Shown: positions 56,467-64,000 of the stretch, one piece after another
Numbering within the stretch: the stretch's first letter is position 1
How the letters are laid out: every line of letters begins with the position of its first letter
NCBI GenBank assembly: GCA_964016885.1
Contig: OZ024743.1
Location: forward strand, 125,302,001-125,366,000
DNA: 64,000 bases
Source of the DNA: Eledone cirrhosa
Taxonomy: Eukaryota
Direction of reading: 5' to 3'
The notes under the pieces: model-generated
Seen by the model: only the letters and a program-made list of their open reading frames with translations
What the model was told of the DNA's origin: nothing
Database searches by the model: none
Position numbers and translations under genes: made by a program

Positions 56467-59146
56467 CTGTGTTCCAAGAAGTAGACGGTAAAAATATATC
56501 AGAAACTATCATTATCAAAGTACTTGGAAGTAAACAAATTTGTCAATATATACATATTTTTTAAATGGTAAATACATATTTGTACAAAAACTGTACAAGA
56601 TTCAGTGGAAAGTGTGTAAATAAATAAACATACTGACAAATGTAAAAATATCTTTTTTTTTACAGACTAAAATAGAGTGAATATGCTGGCTCAAGTTTCC
56701 ATTCTAGTTGGAGTCACCCTCAGAAACTGTGTACAACTCTATCATTCCACAGAGAAATACTCAATTAATGACTTTATAAGCAAACCAAATAAGGCAGATA
56801 AGCAAATTGGAGATGCTGATAGTTAATTCAATTAGATAGTAAATTATGTAAAAAGCAGATGAAATATAGAATAAATATATATGAAGGCACATGGCCTAGT
56901 GGTTAGAGCATTGGCCTTGCAATCGAAAGGTTGTGAGTTCAATTCTCAGACCGGGTGATGTGTTGTTTCCTTGTGCAAGACACTTTATTTCACATTGCTC
57001 CAGTTTACTCAGCTGTAGAAATGAGATGATAGGGACTGGGGTCCATATCATTCCACTGCAAAGTAGTCATAGAGGTCCCACGGCAAAAAAGCACCCAGCA
57101 CTCACTGTAAATGAGATTGGTGTTAGCAAGGGCATCCAGCTGTAGAAATCAAGCCAGAATCAGTTCCCGTCCCACCCTTGCAAGCAGGGAAAAAGCGGAC
57201 GTAAAATGAAATGATGATGATGATATTTTCATGGTAAATGCTTTATCCCACATAATTATTTCACATAATATCGAATCTATGAGATTTTGAAAGTATTTAT
57301 TTTGAGAACAATACCTTAACATCAGTTTGAATGACCAGTTACAGCCAGTTTCAACAGAAAGAGGTAGAGAATTCTGGCCGGTTTGGGCCAGTTTAAACAT
57401 TAAAGGGTTAAACCATAGTGTACAAGAAATCAAATGAAATAGAGGTGCAGAGACACTTGTCCCCCCCCCCCCCCCTAGCTGATACATTCACTAGTATTTA
57501 TGGTTTTCACAAAGATGTTCATTCAAACTGGTGAAATTTCATGTGGTAAGAATACAATCAACATCTGTTGTGCAGTAAAATTATACTATCACCTAGTCAA
57601 GTTTAATATCCAAGCAGCAGCCAATGGTTACCTGGTATTGCAACAAACAAAATAGTCAAGTGTCAATTCCAAGCAACAATCAAAGTTTGTTTATTACCTA
57701 GTATGTTGACAAACCACATAGATATATCTCATTTCCAACCAATAAAGGATTTTTATCATATAGTTTGGCAAAAAAAACACATAATCAAGCCTCATTTCCA
57801 ACCAACAAAGGCTATTTATGATCTAGTATGGTTACAAACCACATAGTCAAGTCTCATTTCCAACCAAACATTTAGGAGGCATGTTAGGTGTAACAAATAC
57901 AAATAAACAATCCCACTAGTTTTGAAAGATTTATCAACTTAATATCTCTTAATTGTATAGCCAGCCTGAAGGTTACCATGAAAACATTTATCATAGAAGA
58001 TAAAATTCTATGAATTACTAGAGCCAAGTTTAACATGATGACAAAATATAGTTCTGGGTTTCATCCTACTATGCAGCACACTAGACAAATGTCTTCTACT
58101 TTAAATTTGGGTTGGCCAAAGCTTTACAAGTGAATTTCGATAGATAGAAACTGTCTGGCAGCCATCAGAGAAAACATTCCGGTTTTAGGATGATAGACTA
58201 AATATGTTGCCCCAGTTAACATCATTATCTGGCCCTTAGGTACATTTAGCAGCACACACTGTTGTAAATATTCAGGCTAGGTCTCCAATATGATTCTTCT
58301 CTTCCTCTTACCAGTCTCGGAAGAACCTGCAAAGAAATAATAAGCATTCCCTTTTTTTCCTCAGACAAAACATAAATAAATAAAAAGGAAATTTGTTATA
58401 AAATTGTTTTTATTGTATAATTTAAAATATATTTATACATATATATATTGGTATTTGTTGTTGTTGTTGGTGACATACACGCAGTCTAAATATTTATTCA
58501 TGGTGTTTCCTCTAATATTGTAAAGAGTCCACTCTGATACAAAGAATTCATTTCTCACATCACCATGTGTATAGAGACTACCACAAATAAATCAAGAATT
58601 GCCACACTGCAATTACAACTTTGATGAATTGCATAAAAAAAAAATATATATATATTGTTATACTTTGGGAAGGTCATGCTGACAATAAAAACACACACAC
58701 CTGTTGGTTTTCACTTCAATTTATTATAAATTTCCAGTTGGTTGGTTGCTTGATTCAATAACCAGATGGTTGTTTATATATTGTCAAAGCTCTTTCGTCA
58801 CACATACTGTGACTGGGTTTTTATTTTGTGTCTCTCCTTTGTTCTGTCCTACACCATCTTGTTTTTGTGTGTTGACAACACACAAACCAACCAACTAGCT
58901 GGAAATTTATAAATTCAAGTGAAAACCAACAGGTGCATGTACTGTTATTTGCAGCAAGACACTCCCAAACTATAACAATATCTGTTTCAACACATGCTTT
59001 CAGATAAGAAATCTTGCAAAACGAATTCAAAAACGAAGTATATATATGTGTGTGTGTGTGATGCCCCAGCATGGACTCAGCCTGTCAGCTGGAATATGTA
59101 ATAGAATAATATATACATATATATATACTTCTTGTTGAAATATTGT

Positions 59147-59308
59147 TCACGTTCTTGGGGAATCTTTTGAGTCTTGATTAGAAGTAAAGTCATAAGGCTT
59201 CCACCAGTTTGAAAACTGTAAGACTTTCTGTCGTTGAACTTCAAACTTCTCATTTCGGCTTTTACGGAAAAGATACGGATCAGCATCAATCATACCTCCA
59301 ATGATTTC
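59147..59308 (-). CDS. CWF19L2: CWF19L2 terminal exon, copy 7
   Basis: Pro variant, intact. Confidence 0.8.
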   Translation of the reverse strand, partial: EIIGGMIDADPYLFRKSRNEKFEVQRQKVLQFSNWWKPYDFTSNQDSKDSPRT

Positions 59309-61476
59309 CTGTGTTCCAAGAAGTAGACGGTAAAAATATATCAGAAACTATCATTATCAAAGTACTTGGAAGTAAACAAATTTGTCAATATATACATATT
59401 TTTTAAATGGTAAATACATATTTGTACAAAAACTGTACAAGATTCAGTGGAAAGTGTGTAAATAAATAAACATACTGACAAATGTAAAAATATCTTTTTT
59501 TTTACAGACTAAAATAGAGTGAATATGCTGGCTCAAGTTTCCATTCTAGTTGGAGTCACCCTCAGAAACTGTGTACAACTCTATCATTCCACAGAGAAAT
59601 ACTCAATTAATGACTTTATAAGCAAACCAAATAAGGCAGATAAGCAAATTGGAGATGCTGATAGTTAATTCAATTAGATAGTAAATTATGTAAAAAGCAG
59701 ATGAAATATAGAATAAATATATATATGAAGGCACATGGCTTAGTGGTTAGAGCATTGGCCTTGCAATCGAAAGGTTGTGAGTTCAATTCTCAGACCGGGT
59801 GATGTGTTGTTTCCTTGTGCAAGACACTTTATTTCACATTGCTCCAGTTTACTCAGCTGTAGAAATGAGATGATAGGGACTGGGGTCCATATCATTCCAC
59901 TGCAAAGTAGTCATAGAGGTGCCACGGCAAAAAAGCACCCAGCACTCACTGTAAATGAGATTGGTGTTAGCAAGGGCATCCAGCTGTAGAAATCAAGCCA
60001 GAATCAGTTCCCGTCCCACCCTTGCAAGCAGGGAAAAAGCGGACGTAAAATGAAATGATGATGATGATATTTTCATGGTAAATGCTTTATCCCACATAAT
60101 TATTTCACATAATATCGAATCTATGAGATTTTGAAAGTATTTATTTTGAGAACAATACCTTAACATCAGTTTGAATGACCAGTTACAGCCAGTTTCAACA
60201 GAAAGAGGTAGAGAATTCTGGCCGGTTTGGGCCAGTTTAAACATTAAAGGGTTAAACCATAGTGTACAAGAAATCAAATGAAATAGAGGTGCAGAGACAC
60301 TTGTGTCCCCCCCCCCCTAGCTGATACATTCACTAGTATTTATGGTTTTCACAAAGATGTTCATTCAAACTGGTGAAATTTCATGTGGTAAGAATACAAT
60401 CAACATCTGTTGTGCAGTAAAATTATACTATCACCTAGTCAAGTTTAATATCCAAGCAGCAGCCAATGGTTACCTGGTATTGCAACTAACAAAATAGTCA
60501 AGTCTCAATTCCAAGCAACAATCAAAGTTTGTTTATTACCTAGTATGTTGACAAACCACATAGATATATCTCATTTCCAACCAACAAAGGATTTTTATCA
60601 TATCGTATGGCAAAAAAAAACACATAATCACGCCTCATTTCCAACCAACAAAGGCTATTTATGATCTAGTATGGTTACAAACCACATAGTCAAGTTTCAT
60701 TTCCAACCAAACATTTAGGAGGCATGTTAGGTGTAACAAATACAAATAAACAATCCCACTAGTTTTGAAAGATTTATCAACTTAATATCTCTTAATTGTA
60801 TAGCCAGCCTGAAGGTTACCATGAAAACATTTATCATAGAAGATAAAATTCTATGAATTACTAGAGCCAAGTTTAACATGATGACAAAATATAGTTCTGG
60901 GTTTCATCCTACTATGCAGCACACTAGACAAATGTCTTCTACTTTAAATTTGGGTTGGCCAAAGCTTTACAAGTGAATTTCGATAGATAGAAACTGTCTG
61001 GCAGCCATCAGAGAAAACATTCCGGTTTTAGGATGATAGACTAAATATGTTGCCCCAGTTAACATCATTATCTGGCCCTTAGGTACATTTAGCAGCACAC
61101 ACTGTTGTAAATATTCAGGCTAGGTCTCCAATATGATTCTTCTCTTCCTCTTACCAGTCTCGGAAGAACCTGCAAAGAAATAATAAGCATTCCCTTTTTT
61201 TCCTCAGACAAAACATAAATAAATAAAAAGGAAATTTGTTATAAAATTGTTTTTATTGTATAATTTAAAATATATTTATACATATATATATTGGTATTTG
61301 TTGTTGTTGTTGGTGACATACACGCAGTCTAAATATTTATTCATGGTGTTTCCTCTAATATTGTAAAGAGTCCACTCTGATACAAAGAATTCATTTCTCA
61401 CATCACCATGTGTATAGAGACTACCACAAATAAATCAAGAATTGCCACACTGCAATTACAACTTTGATGAATTGCA

Positions 61477-61533
<57 letters not shown>

Positions 61534-62020
61534 ATACTTTGGGAAGGTCATGCTGACAATAAAAACACACACACCTGTTGGTTTTCACTTCAATTTATTA
61601 TAAATTTCCAGTTGGTTGGTTGCTTGATTCAATAACCAGATGGTTGTTTATATATTGTCAAAGCTCTTTCGTCACACATACTGTGACTGGGTTTTTATTT
61701 TGTGTCTCTCCTTTGTTCTGTCCTACACCATCTTGTTTTTGTGTGTTGACAACACACAAACCAACCAACTAGCTGGAAATTTATAAATTCAAGTGAAAAC
61801 CAACAGGTGCATGTACTGTTATTTGCAGCAAGACACTCCCAAACTATAACAATATCTGTTTCAACACATGCTTTCAGATAAGAAATCTTGCAAAACGAAT
61901 TCAAAAACGAAGTATATATATGTGTGTGTGTGTGATGCCCCAGCATGGACTCAGCCTGTCAGCTGGAATATGTAATAGAATAATATATACATATATATAT
62001 ACTTCTTGTTGAAATATTGT

Positions 62021-62182
62021 TCACGTTCTTGGGGAATCTTTTGAGTCTTGATTAGAAGTAAAGTCATAAGGCTTCCACCAGTTTGAAAACTGTAAGACTT
62101 TCTGTCGTTGAACTTCAAACTTCTCATTTCGGCTTTTACGGAAAAGATACGGATCAGCATCAATCATACCTCCAATGATTTC
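62021..62182 (-). CDS. CWF19L2: CWF19L2 terminal exon, copy 8
   Basis: Pro variant, intact. Confidence 0.8.
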   Translation of the reverse strand, partial: EIIGGMIDADPYLFRKSRNEKFEVQRQKVLQFSNWWKPYDFTSNQDSKDSPRT

Positions 62183-64000
62183 CTGTGTTCCAAGAAGTAG
62201 ACGGTAAAAATATATCAGAAACTATCATTATCAAAGTACTTGGAAGTAAACAAATTTGTCAATATATACATATTTTTTAAATGGTAAATACATATTTGTA
62301 CAAAAACTGTACAAGATTCAGTGGAAAGTGTGTAAATAAATAAACATACTGACAAATGTAAAAATATCTTTTTTTTTACAGACTAAAATAGAGTGAATAT
62401 GCTGGCTCAAGTTTCCATTCTAGTTGGAGTCACCCTCAGAAACTGTGTACAACTCTATCATTCCACAGAGAAATACTCAATTAATGACTTTATAAGCAAA
62501 CCAAATAAGGCAGATAAGCAAATTGGAGATGCTGATAGTTAATTCAATTAGATAGTAAATTATGTAAAAAGCAGATGAAATATAGAATAAATATATATGA
62601 AGGCACATGGCCTAGTGGTTAGAGCATTGGCCTTGCAATCGAAAGGTTGTGAGTTCAATTCTCAGACCGGGTGATGTGTTGTTTCCTTGTGCAAGACACT
62701 TTATTTCACATTGCTCCAGTTTACTCAGCTGTAGAAATGAGATGATAGGGACTGGGGTCCATATCATTCCACTGCAAAGTAGTCATAGAGGTCCCACGGC
62801 AAAAAAGCACCCAGCACTCACTGTAAATGAGATTGGTGTTAGCAAGGGCATCCAGCTGTAGAAATCAAGCCAGAATCAGTTCCCGTCCCACCCTTGCAAG
62901 CAGGGAAAAAGCGGACGTAAAATGAAATGATGATGATGATATTTTCATGGTAAATGCTTTATCCCACATAATTATTTCACATAATATCGAATCTATGAGA
63001 TTTTGAAAGTATTTATTTTGAGAACAATACCTTAACATCAGTTTGAATGACCAGTTACAGCCAGTTTCAACAGAAAGAGGTAGAGAATTCTGGCCGGTTT
63101 GGGCCAGTTTAAACATTAAAGGGTTAAACCATAGTGTACAAGAAATCAAATGAAATAGAGGTGCAGAGACACTTGTGTCCCCCCCCCCCTAGCTGATACA
63201 TTCACTAGTATTTATGGTTTTCACAAAGATGTTCATTCAAACTGGTGAAATTTCATGTGGTAAGAATACAATCAACATCTGTTGTGCAGTAAAATTATAC
63301 TATCACCTAGTCAAGTTTAATATCCAAGCAGCAGCCAATGGTTACCTGGTATTGCAACAAACAAAATAGTCAAGTGTCAATTCCAAGCAACAATCAAAGT
63401 TTGTTTATTACCTAGTATGTTGACAAACCACATAGATATATCTCATTTCCAACCAATAAAGGATTTTTATCATATAGTTTGGCAAAAAAAACACATAATC
63501 AAGCCTCATTTCCAACCAACAAAGGCTATTTATGATCTAGTATGGTTACAAACCACATAGTCAAGTCTCATTTCCAACCAAACATTTAGGAGGCATGTTA
63601 GGTGTAACAAATACAAATAAACAATCCCACTAGTTTTGAAAGATTTATCAACTTAATATCTCTTAATTGTATAGCCAGCCTGAAGGTTACCATGAAAACA
63701 TTTATCATAGAAGATAAAATTCTATGAATTACTAGAGCCAAGTTTAACATGATGACAAAATATAGTTCTGGGTTTCATCCTACTATGCAGCACACTAGAC
63801 AAATGTCTTCTACTTTAAATTTGGGTTGGCCAAAGCTTTACAAGTGAATTTCGATAGATAGAAACTGTCTGGCAGCCATCAGAGAAAACATTCCGGTTTT
63901 AGGATGATAGACTAAATATGTTGCCCCAGTTAACATCATTATCTGGCCCTTAGGTACATTTAGCAGCACACACTGTTGTAAATATTCAGGCTAGGTCTCC

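Larger units (their letters stand above)
39635..64000. repeat. Head-to-tail tandem array of about 2.85-kb units (8 complete + 1 partial, continuing past the window)
   Basis: The same ORF recurs at 39768, 42623, 45478, 48339, 51204, 54093, 56933, 59777 and 62649. Units differ by a few SNPs and in poly-C and (TA)n lengths. Confidence 0.98.

Overview
Eukaryotic, AT-rich animal genomic DNA; the SINE families suggest an octopus (inference). Two genes converge tail-to-tail. On the + strand are the last five coding exons of a dual oxidase maturation factor (DUOXA-like) gene, 492-35789. Its last intron (about 26.6 kb) holds a near full-length, C-rich Penelope-like retroelement (RT + GIY-YIG + hammerhead ribozyme) and about 18.5 kb of (TA)n-derived satellite with a 200-N assembly gap. 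On the - strand, the terminal coding exon of a CWF19L2-like splicing factor gene is amplified in a head-to-tail array of about 2.85-kb units running from 39635 to the window end. Eight intact exon copies are visible. Each unit also carries a candidate 15-nt microexon, a tRNA-derived SINE and a TGT..ACA MITE. Several further hammerhead ribozyme or pseudo-LTR relics with fold-back junctions lie in the TA tracts and in the DUOXA 3' region. Other transposon relics are a Tigger-like element, two internally deleted Helitrons, and CR1/L2 and RTE LINE fragments. All family assignments rest on manual motif recognition, not database searches.
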